Position numbers and translations under genes: made by a program | Shown: positions 50,456 through 60,929 of the stretch, piece by piece | Numbering within the stretch: position 1 is the stretch's first letter | How the letters are laid out: the number at the start of each line of letters is the position of its first letter | The notes under the pieces: generated by a model | The model's database searches: none | What the model saw: the letters and a program-made list of their open reading frames with translations, nothing else | Told to the model about the DNA's origin: nothing | NCBI GenBank assembly: GCA_019058445.1 | Contig: JAHPZA010000006.1 | Location: forward strand, 96,001 to 160,000 | DNA: 64,000 nucleotides | Direction of reading: 5' to 3' | DNA from: Promethearchaeota archaeon | GTDB taxonomy: Archaea; Asgardarchaeota; Lokiarchaeia; Sigyniarchaeales; SOKP01

Positions 50456-52144
50456 TTAAATAAAAGCTACTGTTTTTTTCACATAGTCCATATAATTTTC
50501 AATTTCACTTATCTTTTTCTCTTCTGACCATGAATACTCTTTTGCCATGATTTCAGCAACCTTCTCGGCAGCCTCGCGTGCTTTACCGTGTCTTATCCAT
50601 AGCGCCATTTCCGTGCGACGGCAAAATACATCAATTAAACAGGGAGTCATCTCATATCTTAAAATATAAAGAATTTCTGCCTTGGTGAAGTCATTTTCAT
50701 TCAGAATTCTTTCTTTAAGGTTTTCATCTTCTTTAATCATTTCAAGAATTTTAATTGCTCCCTTGCCGTATTGTTGGTAAATATGATCAACAATATCATC
50801 ATCGAGCTTAACTCTAGATTTATTATATTCCTTAAGCCAATCTTCTTTCTCCAAACCAATGATAAATTTTTGTTTCGAGAAATTCTTTTCTCTTTCTATA
50901 TCCGGAAAAATATTTTTTTCTTCAACATGTCTGAATAAGTCTTCTGCCATGGCCCGCCATGCTGTTAATTTTCCACCAGATATGGTAAGTAGACCATCAT
51001 CAGAGAAGAAAATTATATGTTTCCGGGAAACTTCGCTTTCTGATTTTCCTTTTTGCATGACTAGAGGTCTAATACCGGCATATGTTGAAAGAATCTTATC
51101 ATATTCTAATTCAGCAGCGGGTAAATGATACTTAACTGATTCTATTAAATAATCTGCATCCTCTTTAGTACAGAAAGGATTTTCTAAATCTCCTTTATAG
51201 TCTGTATCTGTGGTCCCTAGAATAGTATATTCACCACGGGGTATCACAAAAAAGAATCTATTATCGCTAATGGAACGTAAAGCTAAAGCATTATTGTGCT
51301 TCACATGTTCGCGTTTAAATTGAAGATGAACACCTTTAGTAGGTCGAATTAATGGATCTGGGATATCATCAGGATAGGTTTTAACCAGCTTGTCTGTCCA
51401 AATACCTGTTGCATTTACAATTAAAGTACCCTTTATTTCAAAATCAGTATCGTTTATCAAATCCTTACATTTTACCCCATTAATTTTTCCATTATCCATA
51501 CGATAGTCTTTAACTTCACAATAATTTACAGCATCAGCATTTCTAATTATTGCCTCTTTTAATGTCTCAATAGTTAATCTTGCATCATCAAGATTGGTGT
51601 CATAATAAAGTATGCCTCCTTCATTCCCCTCTCTTACAAATTCAGGTTCTAAATCGAAAACTTCCTCCGGCTTATACCATTTATGTTTCTTATATATTTT
51701 AAATTCAGTATCTTTATTTCCTAAAAAATCGTAAATTTTACCGGCGCTTACTATATCTCGTTTTTTGTACTTTCCTCCTTTAAAAACTACAAGCAAGAAA
51801 GGTAATGGTCTAATTAAATGTGGAATGTGTACAACCATCCAATTTCTTTCCGTAGTAGATTCGTGCACTAAATCCATATCTCCATGTCCCAGATATCGAA
51901 TTCCTCCATGACCTAATTTTGAACTCCTTGATGAAGTTCCAGCCGCAAAATCTTGCATATCAATAACAGCAACTTTTAAACCCCTCATCGCTGCTTCTCT
52001 GGCTACTCCGACACCTGTAATCCCCGCTCCGATTACTATAAGATCATAGCTATTTTCTTTTAATCTCTTAATTATTAGATCTCTATTTTTATAATTCCAA
52101 GATTGATCAAATAATTTGACTTCTAGTTCATTCATTTTTATCAC
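50456..52144 (-). CDS. glpD: FAD-dependent glycerol-3-phosphate dehydrogenase
   Basis: DLIVIGAGITG, DFAAGTSSRSSKLGHGGIRYL, DDARL, NATGIW, KGVH, GTTD, AGIRPL and GGKLT. Confidence 0.9.
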   Translation of the reverse strand: MIKMNELEVKLFDQSWNYKNRDLIIKRLKENSYDLIVIGAGITGVGVAREAAMRGLKVAVIDMQDFAAGTSSRSSKLGHGGIRYLGHGDMDLVHESTTERNWMVVHIPHLIRPLPFLLVVFKGGKYKKRDIVSAGKIYDFLGNKDTEFKIYKKHKWYKPEEVFDLEPEFVREGNEGGILYYDTNLDDARLTIETLKEAIIRNADAVNYCEVKDYRMDNGKINGVKCKDLINDTDFEIKGTLIVNATGIWTDKLVKTYPDDIPDPLIRPTKGVHLQFKREHVKHNNALALRSISDNRFFFVIPRGEYTILGTTDTDYKGDLENPFCTKEDADYLIESVKYHLPAAELEYDKILSTYAGIRPLVMQKGKSESEVSRKHIIFFSDDGLLTISGGKLTAWRAMAEDLFRHVEEKNIFPDIEREKNFSKQKFIIGLEKEDWLKEYNKSRVKLDDDIVDHIYQQYGKGAIKILEMIKEDENLKERILNENDFTKAEILYILRYEMTPCLIDVFCRRTEMALWIRHGKAREAAEKVAEIMAKEYSWSEEKKISEIENYMDYVKKTVAFI

Positions 52145-52246
52145 ACTTTTTAAAATAATTTAACATAATTAAGATTTCTAATTTTATACTATTAGAAAAT
52201 ATTTATTTTTCAATACTTTGACTAAAATTAATCAAAGTTATTTACC

Positions 52247-54043
52247 CTATTTTAAAAGTTTCTTGACTCCCTTTAGTGTTTCTTCTGCTTCAAATAAACT
52301 TATCTTATCGCCTGTATCTTTCAGGATTTCAATAGCTTCTCTTAGGCTTGTGATTGCTTTACCTACATCATTCATATCTGCATATGTTTTACCTAATTCA
52401 ATTAAGATTTTTCCCATCTTGATTCGATCACTGAGTTTTTGAACTATTTGATAAGCATTTCTATAATTTTCAAGTGCTTCGGGGAATTTTTTTTGACCTT
52501 TATAAGTATCTCCGATATTAGTTAATCTAATAACATGTCCAGCCAAATTTCCCGATTTTTTGTCGTATTTTAGTGCCTCCTTTAATTTTTCAACTGCTTT
52601 TTCATAATCTTCCTGTTTGAGATAAACCAATCCCATATTATTAAGGCGAGCGGCCATTCCGTAATAATCTCCTCTTCCTTGAGCAATCTTAAAAGCTTCT
52701 TCAAAAGATTTCATTGCTTCATCATAATTTCCCTTTTCAAGCTGGATTAATCCGATATTATTAATCCTGCTTCCTTGAAGCTGTTGATTGCCCATCTCTT
52801 TATTGATTTCTAGTGCTTTTTCAAAAAAAGTTAATGCATCATCAAATGCCTTTTCGTTAAAATGATAAACGCCTAAAAGATTTTGAAATTCTGCTTCCAT
52901 TTTCTTTGATTTTATCTCTTGGGCAATATTTAATCCTTTTTGAGAACATCGGTAAAAATCATCTTTAAATCCTAACTCCAAATAAATATCAGCGGTACAT
53001 TTCCATTTAAGAACTTCGGGAACATTAGGAAATTTTTCATTTATCCAATCCTGGAAGTGAGGGACTTTGGAGGTTTTAGATTTATCTATCTTCGGTATTT
53101 TTTCTTTATCAAAAAGTAATGTCCATAATTTTTCTTCAATATAGTTATCTGTATTGGCTTTTATCATAATAACTTGGGCTTCTGTATTAGAAGAAATTTC
53201 AGCAAGTAACCTTTCCGTTCGAGATAATCCCTTTGGAATAACAAAAGCAGCTTTAGGATCAAACTCATACATTTCAATGCTACCTTTTTTATGATGATCA
53301 ATCCATATTAAGCTCTTTATATCAAATAAGGTTCTTAGTACAGGAGCAATATCGAAGTCATCGCTCCCCGAATATCCCATTATGATTACTGTTTTATTTT
53401 TGGTTATTTCCTTAAACGATTTTTTCTTGTAGGATTCTAAGGATAGGACTACATCTCCTTTACCAAATGCGCTCATTGTTGTTACTAAGGAATCAGTGGT
53501 TTTAATCTTTGTAATAATGTTCTTCTTCGCACCATGAAGTTTATAGATTGGAAATTTGCCTGCAGAAAAAACTTCATCTGGATTTTGATTATTTGTAAAA
53601 TCAAATTTGGTTATGACAGGTAAAATCTGTGATTTTTTATCCTCAGGAAGTACTTTTTGTAATGCATATTCTATCAGATAATCGAAATTAGTTGTATAAA
53701 CAGCATGACCTTTTGCAATTGATTGCGCTAAAAAAAAATGAATGAGATTTGGTTCTGTTCCAAATTCAAAATAATCCATAAATTCTAAACCATAATCGAT
53801 ATAGCGTTGGATTAATTCAACAATCATTTCATATCGAAGAGTCTTTAATGTTAATAAATTTGGGATTTCTTCTTTAGGGGCGCAAAGTTCTAATAGATAT
53901 TGAATGAATTGCGGTGCGGGGAGTAGATTTGCGGGAGGGTCAATCGATATACCTGCTCCAACCATAAAAATATACCGATTCTTGGAAGAAATTAAGTTTT
54001 CAACCGATCCTTCATATGGTTTAATAAGTTTTTTTTCACTCAT
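52247..54043 (-). CDS. SIR2-like (SIR2_2) domain fused to TPR repeats
   Basis: FMVGAGISI, YTTNFD, IYKLHG and MGYSGSDDFDI; C-terminal TPRs (NNIGLI, LNNMGLVY, LTNIGDTY). Confidence 0.85.
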   Translation of the reverse strand: MSEKKLIKPYEGSVENLISSKNRYIFMVGAGISIDPPANLLPAPQFIQYLLELCAPKEEIPNLLTLKTLRYEMIVELIQRYIDYGLEFMDYFEFGTEPNLIHFFLAQSIAKGHAVYTTNFDYLIEYALQKVLPEDKKSQILPVITKFDFTNNQNPDEVFSAGKFPIYKLHGAKKNIITKIKTTDSLVTTMSAFGKGDVVLSLESYKKKSFKEITKNKTVIIMGYSGSDDFDIAPVLRTLFDIKSLIWIDHHKKGSIEMYEFDPKAAFVIPKGLSRTERLLAEISSNTEAQVIMIKANTDNYIEEKLWTLLFDKEKIPKIDKSKTSKVPHFQDWINEKFPNVPEVLKWKCTADIYLELGFKDDFYRCSQKGLNIAQEIKSKKMEAEFQNLLGVYHFNEKAFDDALTFFEKALEINKEMGNQQLQGSRINNIGLIQLEKGNYDEAMKSFEEAFKIAQGRGDYYGMAARLNNMGLVYLKQEDYEKAVEKLKEALKYDKKSGNLAGHVIRLTNIGDTYKGQKKFPEALENYRNAYQIVQKLSDRIKMGKILIELGKTYADMNDVGKAITSLREAIEILKDTGDKISLFEAEETLKGVKKLLK

Positions 54044-54374
54044 AACTAAATGGACTTTTATAATTTAATTAAATTAAAGATATTTCGCACTCTCTTATAA
54101 AGTTTTATTCTCAGAAGATAAAAATGAAATCCTATTTTAAATTCACTACTGATTTTCAATGATTTTTTGTTATCCTTTTCTGAATACACTTAATGTTCTG
54201 TTAGGTGTGCCTTTACGGAAGACAAAACAATACTTGTATTCTAAATTACAACTATTAGTAATATTAACTAATGCCGTTGGACGAAATTTTTTTTTCATTT
54301 ATTTCAACTCAAAATATTTCTTCTGTAAAATTGAGTTTTTATTGATATTATATAATCCTTGGAAACTTAGTGAA

Positions 54375-55016
54375 TTATCCTTTTTTGAATACGTATACTG
54401 TTGTATGCTCAAGTCCAAAAATTTTAGAACATTGAATTTCTCTACTAAACTTGAGAAGTATCATACCCATTGGAATAAATGTGTCGAGAACTTCTTCTTT
54501 TGTATAAGCTCTTGAATACATTTTTTCACCCATTATATCTACAATTGCTTCTCTATCAACATCGGCATTTTCTTCCCATGGCTCATTTAATGATAGGTAA
54601 AATAGACCTCTCTTTTTTAAGGATTGCACAATTCTCATACCTACATCTTTGAACAAGAGAGTATCAAGTAAGAGCATTGTAAAAGAGGAGAATACTCCAT
54701 TAAATTTATCTTTAAAGTCTAAATCCGTCATGGATTTTTCGATAAATTCTGCCTTTGGGACATTATTTTGAGCAATTTTTATCATCTGAGAAGAAATATC
54801 GATTCCTAATACTTTAAATCCCCTTTCTATAAACGCCTTCGCATATGGTAACCCAGTGCCAGAACCTAAATCTAAAATAAAACTCCCATTGGAGAGTTGA
54901 TTACAAAAATATTCAAAAAGAGGATTAATTTGTGCAATATTTTCCTGTTCATATATTTTAGCTACTTTATTCCAAGCATGTTTATTCAATGAAATAACAT
55001 CTGGATCTTTATTCAT
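54375..55016 (-). CDS. Class I SAM-dependent methyltransferase
   Basis: ILDLGSGTG, GIDISSQMI and LKKRGLFYLS. Confidence 0.85.
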   Translation of the reverse strand: MNKDPDVISLNKHAWNKVAKIYEQENIAQINPLFEYFCNQLSNGSFILDLGSGTGLPYAKAFIERGFKVLGIDISSQMIKIAQNNVPKAEFIEKSMTDLDFKDKFNGVFSSFTMLLLDTLLFKDVGMRIVQSLKKRGLFYLSLNEPWEENADVDREAIVDIMGEKMYSRAYTKEEVLDTFIPMGMILLKFSREIQCSKIFGLEHTTVYVFKKG

Positions 55017-55053
55017 AGAAATCTTTATAATAAAATTAAAAATTTAAATTCCT

Positions 55054-56034
55054 TTATTTATTATCTAATAATTTTTGAAGGATTAATGGCATTGAATATA
55101 GATCATAGTAATTATGCTCAATGATTTCTTTTATTAAGCCCACATATCTTTCAGGGTCTTTTTTATACTTTTTATAGCACACCCCTACTAAATTACTCGG
55201 TAATTCATTACTTCTTTTCCAAGATAATAGCTCTTCTTCCATTGACGTTAGCTTATAGCTATCAAACTGCCCCCTAAATTTCCGCCGACAATTCCAATAC
55301 AAGTCTACATGGTGAAAAATGGTATTACTCTGCTGAAAAGGCTCATCATTCTCTGAAATCATAGGATTTTCATCAAAAAAATATAAGAATCGATTTGCAA
55401 TATAGGGAATGTCAAAACTTCTTCCGTTATAAGTGATAAACGTTTTAAAATGGGGAAGGATCTCACTTTGCATATATTCGCAAATAGCGATTTCCTCTTC
55501 TAAATCCCTTGCAAAATATTGATGGATTTCAAATGCATCATCCTGAAAAAATCCTAATCCCATGATAATTATGGGGCTATCATACAATCCTAAGGTTTCA
55601 ATATCAATAAATAAAAGTTCCTCAAGATCAAAACAAAATAAAACGTCTAAATCATAAACATATTTATTACAGCGGAGTTTTTTATAATCCTTACACTTAA
55701 TTAACCTTAGAACTTCTCGTGCTGCTTTGTTATATTTGAGGTGAAATAAAAGATCATTAAGTGTTTTTATTCCTCTTCTGATTAATTGTTGTTCAATGTA
55801 TTCACCAATATAATATACTGTCTTGAGGTTCCGCATCAGGTTTTTTTTTGTTCTTACTAACTTCAGATTACAGGGAAAATCATTTTCTTTCCATATAATT
55901 TTCATGAAATCTCCGGATTCAACATGAATAATTTCGTGATTAGGGAAAAGTTCTTCAACTTTTTTACCTCTATACTGTTCTACTAACCGGGTAATATCCA
56001 AGCTTTCAAAGTTATAATAGTAGTCCATTGCCAC
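55054..56034 (-). CDS. YprB/RNase_H_2 family DEDD 3'-5' exonuclease
   Basis: FIDIETLGL, TYNGRSFDIPYI, HVDLY and HNYYDL; upstream HhH-like VYYIGEYIEQQL. Confidence 0.8.
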   Translation of the reverse strand: MAMDYYYNFESLDITRLVEQYRGKKVEELFPNHEIIHVESGDFMKIIWKENDFPCNLKLVRTKKNLMRNLKTVYYIGEYIEQQLIRRGIKTLNDLLFHLKYNKAAREVLRLIKCKDYKKLRCNKYVYDLDVLFCFDLEELLFIDIETLGLYDSPIIIMGLGFFQDDAFEIHQYFARDLEEEIAICEYMQSEILPHFKTFITYNGRSFDIPYIANRFLYFFDENPMISENDEPFQQSNTIFHHVDLYWNCRRKFRGQFDSYKLTSMEEELLSWKRSNELPSNLVGVCYKKYKKDPERYVGLIKEIIEHNYYDLYSMPLILQKLLDNK

Positions 56035-56139
56035 TAATAATTAAGAAGATCTATTTAATAATTTATTCTCTGACAATTTATAATAAAACTAAAAATAAGA
56101 AATAAAAAAAAAGTTTCAGGTTAAAAAAAATTAATAATT

Positions 56140-57474
56140 CTATAGGTCGATTTTAGGAATAACGTCCTCTAATTCCCTGCGTGTGGGTTTATATTTGAAG
56201 AGTCTACGAGATTCGCTATCTTCAAGCACATAATTAGATCCTCCACCATGCAGCATACAGTACGCATCAAGCAACCCTATTGGATTGGAATATTGTCTAA
56301 TAAATCCACGTCCACCCATGGTCCTGAAACAATGTGTAGCAGCTTCAAATGCTAATTCAGTGGTTTGAATTTTTAATCCCATCGCTTGAGCTGCCATTAA
56401 TTTTGAGCCTCCAAGTTCAGGGCGCTTATCTAATTCTCTCGTATAATTTATCAAAGCTGTTAATAAAAGATTCAACTGACGTATATTAGCTGAAATTGGA
56501 AATCTAATAACTTGATATTCATGTAATCTTTGTTCAAACTGTCTTCTATGTAACGCGTATGTATGGGAATATAATAGTTTCTTCATCGCATCTCCAAGAG
56601 CTTCCGCGCCTATTACCAATCTTTCTTCAGTTAACTGATGAAATGCGATATCCAATCCATTTCCCTGAAGAAGATTTTCTCTTGGGAGCTCTACTCTGTC
56701 AAAAATTAGACGACTTACAAAAGCGTCTCTCATTCCATAAGTTCTTATTCGAGCTGATCTAAAGTTTTTTAATTGTTGGTGTTCTGTATCTACAATTACA
56801 GCACCTAATGGACCGTTATTTATTCTACCATATAAAATTATATAATCGGCGATCATTCCATTAGTAATAAAGACTTTTTTTCCTTTTGCAATTACCTTAT
56901 CATCAGTAACTTGTAAATTTAGCTCCATTCGAAAGATGTCACTCCCTGCATTGAATTCAGTCATTGCCGATGCTGCTATTGCTCCATCTTTTGCAATAGG
57001 GTTTAAAAATTTTTCTCTTTGATAGTCGTTTGCCTTATAATTTACAGGATTGCAATAAAGGGTACCTCCCGCAAGGCGTCCCATCTCAATACTCCAATTT
57101 CCAGCTATATAGCGTTCACTGTAATCAGACCATCTCCCCCCACAAAGAGCATAAGCAATAAGAGCATTTCTCGTTATTTTCCCAACTTCATATTCATTTT
57201 CATTTAATGTTGTGGAATAATAACCATTTTCGGCTAGTTTTTTCATGATTTTTATAACAATATCTCGCTTTTTGTCTTGAGTAGGCTCCTCTACGTAGTA
57301 ATTTAGTTCTTCTAATGCTCTGAGATCTTTATCAAGATTTTTCTCTATGAATTCATAAAAATCAGCCAAAAACTCTTTCTCTTTCGCATTCAAAATCGGA
57401 TTTGCTAGTAAATCTAACTCTTGAACATATTTTTGAATACTAATAGGTTCAAATTCACTCAATCTGGTATCCAT
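56140..57474 (-). CDS. Acyl-CoA dehydrogenase
   Basis: AMTEFNAGSD, GKKVFITNG, TEERL, RRQFEQRL, MGGRGF and HGGGSN. Confidence 0.88.
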   Translation of the reverse strand: MDTRLSEFEPISIQKYVQELDLLANPILNAKEKEFLADFYEFIEKNLDKDLRALEELNYYVEEPTQDKKRDIVIKIMKKLAENGYYSTTLNENEYEVGKITRNALIAYALCGGRWSDYSERYIAGNWSIEMGRLAGGTLYCNPVNYKANDYQREKFLNPIAKDGAIAASAMTEFNAGSDIFRMELNLQVTDDKVIAKGKKVFITNGMIADYIILYGRINNGPLGAVIVDTEHQQLKNFRSARIRTYGMRDAFVSRLIFDRVELPRENLLQGNGLDIAFHQLTEERLVIGAEALGDAMKKLLYSHTYALHRRQFEQRLHEYQVIRFPISANIRQLNLLLTALINYTRELDKRPELGGSKLMAAQAMGLKIQTTELAFEAATHCFRTMGGRGFIRQYSNPIGLLDAYCMLHGGGSNYVLEDSESRRLFKYKPTRRELEDVIPKIDL

Positions 57475-57631
57475 ACTAACCTTTTCTCACTTAAATTAAT
57501 AAAATTTTGTTATTATACTCTATGGTAAATATAAGTTTAAAGGTAAAAAAATTTTATAATTTTATATCAATAATAATTAAACATATAGAATTTCAGCTTT
57601 AATTAGAAATGATAAATTAAAAATAGATAAT

Positions 57632-59062
57632 GTGAAAGATATGATTAGATTTAGTGATAAGCAATTAAAAATCCCTAAATTAATGAGGCCGGTATATCTT
57701 GTTACAGCAGGTATGTCAAAATTTGATCGAGCATTTCCAGAAACTCGAACTGAAGAGCTTTGCATAGACGCTTTAACCGCAGCTTCTGATTTTGTAGGTA
57801 TGACACCAGCTGAATTAAAAAAGTACATTCATACATGCTATTATGGTCATTTCGCAGATCATTTTGGTGATCAATTGCTCGGTGAAGCTGTAATCCATGA
57901 TCGACTGGGTTTAGATCCTTTAGGGAATATAGGTGTAAAAACTGGAGGTGCTACAGGAGGTTCAGCTATGTGGGAGGCTGTAAAAGCCGTAGCTTCTGGA
58001 TATAGTGACTGTGCGCTCGCTCTTGGTTGGGAAAGGATGGATGAAGTACCCACTGATGAAGGCAACCATCTTATTTCTTGTGCCGCAGATAAAGATTGGG
58101 AAACTCCCTTAGGACACATTTATACAGGATATTACGCAGTTATGGCACAACGATACTGGAAAGTTTTTGGTAAAGAACAAGATTCTTTTAGGAAAACAAT
58201 GGCGGAAATTGCCGTAAAAAATCGTGGCTACGCTCGAATGAACCCTCATGCCCATGGGCCAATGAAAATTACTGTAGAGGATGTCACTAACTCCCCTATA
58301 GTGGCTTATCCTCTTCGGGTTTTAGACTGTTGTTTAATGAGTGTGGGATCCGCATGTGGTGTGGTGTGTGATGAAAAAACGGCATATGAAATTACGGATA
58401 AACCTCTAAGAATATATATTGCTGCGGGAAGTCATACGTTAAGAGTAGCAGATCGACGGGATATGACAATACCCCTTTTACCAAACGAAACTCCGGGGCA
58501 GTATGACGACATAGGAAAGAAATTTCCAGGTGGTGATCGATATCCTGGTTTTTCTAGCTTTTTGGCCGCACGTGTAGCCGCATATTACGCATATCACATG
58601 TCAGGTGTAGTCGATCCTTCTGAAGATCTCGATGTTGTGGAGTTACATGATGCGTTTACGATTAGTGATATCCAAACCTACGAGGATATCGGAATTCGCC
58701 CTTATGGAGAGGGAAGAGACTATATTGAGTCAGGAGATGCATATGTAATAAATCCACTTACGAAGAAACCTGGAAAACTACCAAGTAATCCATGTGGAGG
58801 ATTAATTGGTTGCATGCACGCCGTAGGGGCAACAGGACTTATGCAGATTGCTGAAATAGGGTATCATATTTGGAATCGATGGGATGAGATTCATGAGCCA
58901 GAAGAAAAATGGAAAGCCTTCGGACGAGAAAAACCAAAAGATTGGACGAGCCTTCAAGTAAAGGGAGCTAAACGCGGTTTGGCAATAAGTCATGCGGGGG
59001 TAGGTTCCCATGTAACTTGTACAATTTTAATGGATCCAAATAAATTAATAAAGGAGGATTAA
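57632..59062 (+). CDS. SCP2-type thiolase-fold protein lacking the nucleophilic Cys (Ltp-type aldolase-like)
   Basis: KTGGATGGSA in place of NACASG; KNR, DCC, ELHDAFT and HAVGATG. The start could be ATG 57641. Confidence 0.85.
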   Translation: MKDMIRFSDKQLKIPKLMRPVYLVTAGMSKFDRAFPETRTEELCIDALTAASDFVGMTPAELKKYIHTCYYGHFADHFGDQLLGEAVIHDRLGLDPLGNIGVKTGGATGGSAMWEAVKAVASGYSDCALALGWERMDEVPTDEGNHLISCAADKDWETPLGHIYTGYYAVMAQRYWKVFGKEQDSFRKTMAEIAVKNRGYARMNPHAHGPMKITVEDVTNSPIVAYPLRVLDCCLMSVGSACGVVCDEKTAYEITDKPLRIYIAAGSHTLRVADRRDMTIPLLPNETPGQYDDIGKKFPGGDRYPGFSSFLAARVAAYYAYHMSGVVDPSEDLDVVELHDAFTISDIQTYEDIGIRPYGEGRDYIESGDAYVINPLTKKPGKLPSNPCGGLIGCMHAVGATGLMQIAEIGYHIWNRWDEIHEPEEKWKAFGREKPKDWTSLQVKGAKRGLAISHAGVGSHVTCTILMDPNKLIKED

Positions 59063-59065
59063 AAA

Positions 59066-59668
59066 ATGCCTAAAACAAATGAGGAAAAAGGTTTTGTTGA
59101 TATAATTAACGGGAGATATAAACCCAATGGAAAATTTCACATAATTGAAGCGAATCAACCAATATTTAATAAAGATACTGGAAAATTGGCTGGAGTGACG
59201 AACCCTAGAGACATGACCTACATCCATTCGTATGGAGGAGAGGCAATTTTCTTTGAATCGCTTGGAAAAGGAAAACTTATGGCAACTCGATGTGACAACG
59301 ATAAGTGTGAAGCAAAGGGTTCTATATTTGAACCTTTTAGAATTTTTTGTCCAGATTGCTTAAGAAAAGCTACTGTAGTCGATATCACAGAAAAGGCTCA
59401 ACAAATGGCAAAAATTCATTCCTTCATAATAACTCATCGTTCAGGCGCCTTTAATACTCTTCCAAAACCGATTAAATTTATCAACGTAGAATTCGATGAG
59501 GAAGTAGTTACTATTTTGATGAGCGTATTGTCAGTTGGTGAGCCAGAAATTGGGAAAAGAGTTGTCCCGATCTTTCGAACTAAAGATCCGACATATACTA
59601 TTATGGATCTTATGTTTGTGGTAGAAGGAACACCTGAATCGGATTTACCAGAAGGATTTACTTATTAA
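59066..59668 (+). CDS. DUF35 zinc-ribbon/OB-fold protein
   Basis: FFESLGKGKLMATRC....C...PFRIFCPDC, then an OB fold (IHSFII..., VVPIFR); translationally coupled to the thiolase-fold gene. Confidence 0.85.
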   Translation: MPKTNEEKGFVDIINGRYKPNGKFHIIEANQPIFNKDTGKLAGVTNPRDMTYIHSYGGEAIFFESLGKGKLMATRCDNDKCEAKGSIFEPFRIFCPDCLRKATVVDITEKAQQMAKIHSFIITHRSGAFNTLPKPIKFINVEFDEEVVTILMSVLSVGEPEIGKRVVPIFRTKDPTYTIMDLMFVVEGTPESDLPEGFTY

Positions 59669-59867
59669 TTTCCAATATTTTTACTATCCATATTTTATTT
59701 TTTTTTAATTTTTTTAAATTAGTTTGTTCAATATAACCATTTTAATTAAATTTTTCAATAAAAATGAATATCATTTAATAGGTTTCGGTGATCCACATCG
59801 ATCTATTAATCTTGTTAATTTCAAGATCTTTAATTCAATTTAAAAAAAAAAAGAAATAAAATAAATT

Positions 59868-60764
59868 TTATAATATAACAGAGCCTTCTTTTAAGTGAAA
59901 AATTTTACGTGCCTCATCAGGAGTAGCTGGCTCACGTCCAGCAATTCTAGCTACCTTTGCTGCCCATTCTACTTGTTCATAAGATCCCTTTGCTAACCCT
60001 CCATCAATGATTCGTGTATTATCCTCTAAACCTACCCTAATGTGTCCTCCCATAGGTGCGGCACACATAGCTGCGCGAAATTGATCTTTAGCTACCCCAC
60101 ACACACTCCATGTAGAGTTTGGAGGCATTAAATTAAGAAGGCTTGCGAGATTTTGGTAAGAAAATGGTACCCCTCCAAGAACCCCCCATACTAATTGAAA
60201 ATGAAGTGGCTGGGCAAAAAGGCCTTCTTGCCTGTTTAAAAATACCATATTATACATGCCGCCATAATCATACACTTCCATCTCAGGCTTCGTTCCAGCC
60301 TTTTTCATTTCTTTTGCAAACTTTTCAACCATTCGAAAATTATTAACGAAGACATTGGTATTACCCATGGTTACTTTTCCTTTTCTATGGTCGCCAACAC
60401 TGAAATTCATTGAATTGGTATTTAAGGATGCCAATGGGGGCTGAAATCTTTTAACAGGCGCGATTCTCTCTTTTTCTGTTGCTACCGCACTTATTGCGGA
60501 ACTTAGATTTATTATTATATCAGGAGCCTTTTCCTTAATAGCTACTAATACAGCTCTAATTTGTTCCAAATCGGCAGTAGGATTACCTTTTTCGGGATCT
60601 CTGGCATGGATATGCACAATTGCCGCACCTGCCTCATAGCATTTTTTCGCCTCTTCTCCAAATTCTTCAGGAGTATAAGGTACATTAGGATTTTGGGCTT
60701 TAACAGTAACAGCTCCTGCGAGTGCAGCGCTAATTACTAATTTATTCGATAAATCTTCAGACAT
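59868..60764 (-). CDS. Beta-keto acid cleavage enzyme (BKACE/Kce, DUF849), copy 2
   Basis: NPNVPYTPEE, AGAAIVHIHARD, SLNTNSMNF, KPEMEVYD, GGHIRVGLEDN and REPATPDEAR. Confidence 0.9.
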   Translation of the reverse strand: MSEDLSNKLVISAALAGAVTVKAQNPNVPYTPEEFGEEAKKCYEAGAAIVHIHARDPEKGNPTADLEQIRAVLVAIKEKAPDIIINLSSAISAVATEKERIAPVKRFQPPLASLNTNSMNFSVGDHRKGKVTMGNTNVFVNNFRMVEKFAKEMKKAGTKPEMEVYDYGGMYNMVFLNRQEGLFAQPLHFQLVWGVLGGVPFSYQNLASLLNLMPPNSTWSVCGVAKDQFRAAMCAAPMGGHIRVGLEDNTRIIDGGLAKGSYEQVEWAAKVARIAGREPATPDEARKIFHLKEGSVIL

Positions 60765-60929
60765 TTTTAATCTCTAACCTCAATAATAGTATTTTAATTT
60801 TATATTTAATGAGTAAAATAAAGTTTGGATAAATTAAAACACTACATATTTTAGGTTTTAAACCTATATTCAAAATAAAATGAATATAAAGAATAAAAAT
60901 AAGAAATTTAAGAAATAAATAAAAAAAAA

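Noticed and set aside
54159-54515. 118-aa + strand ORF
   Set aside because: It overlaps the methyltransferase on the opposite strand, has low-complexity F/L/N composition and no motif.
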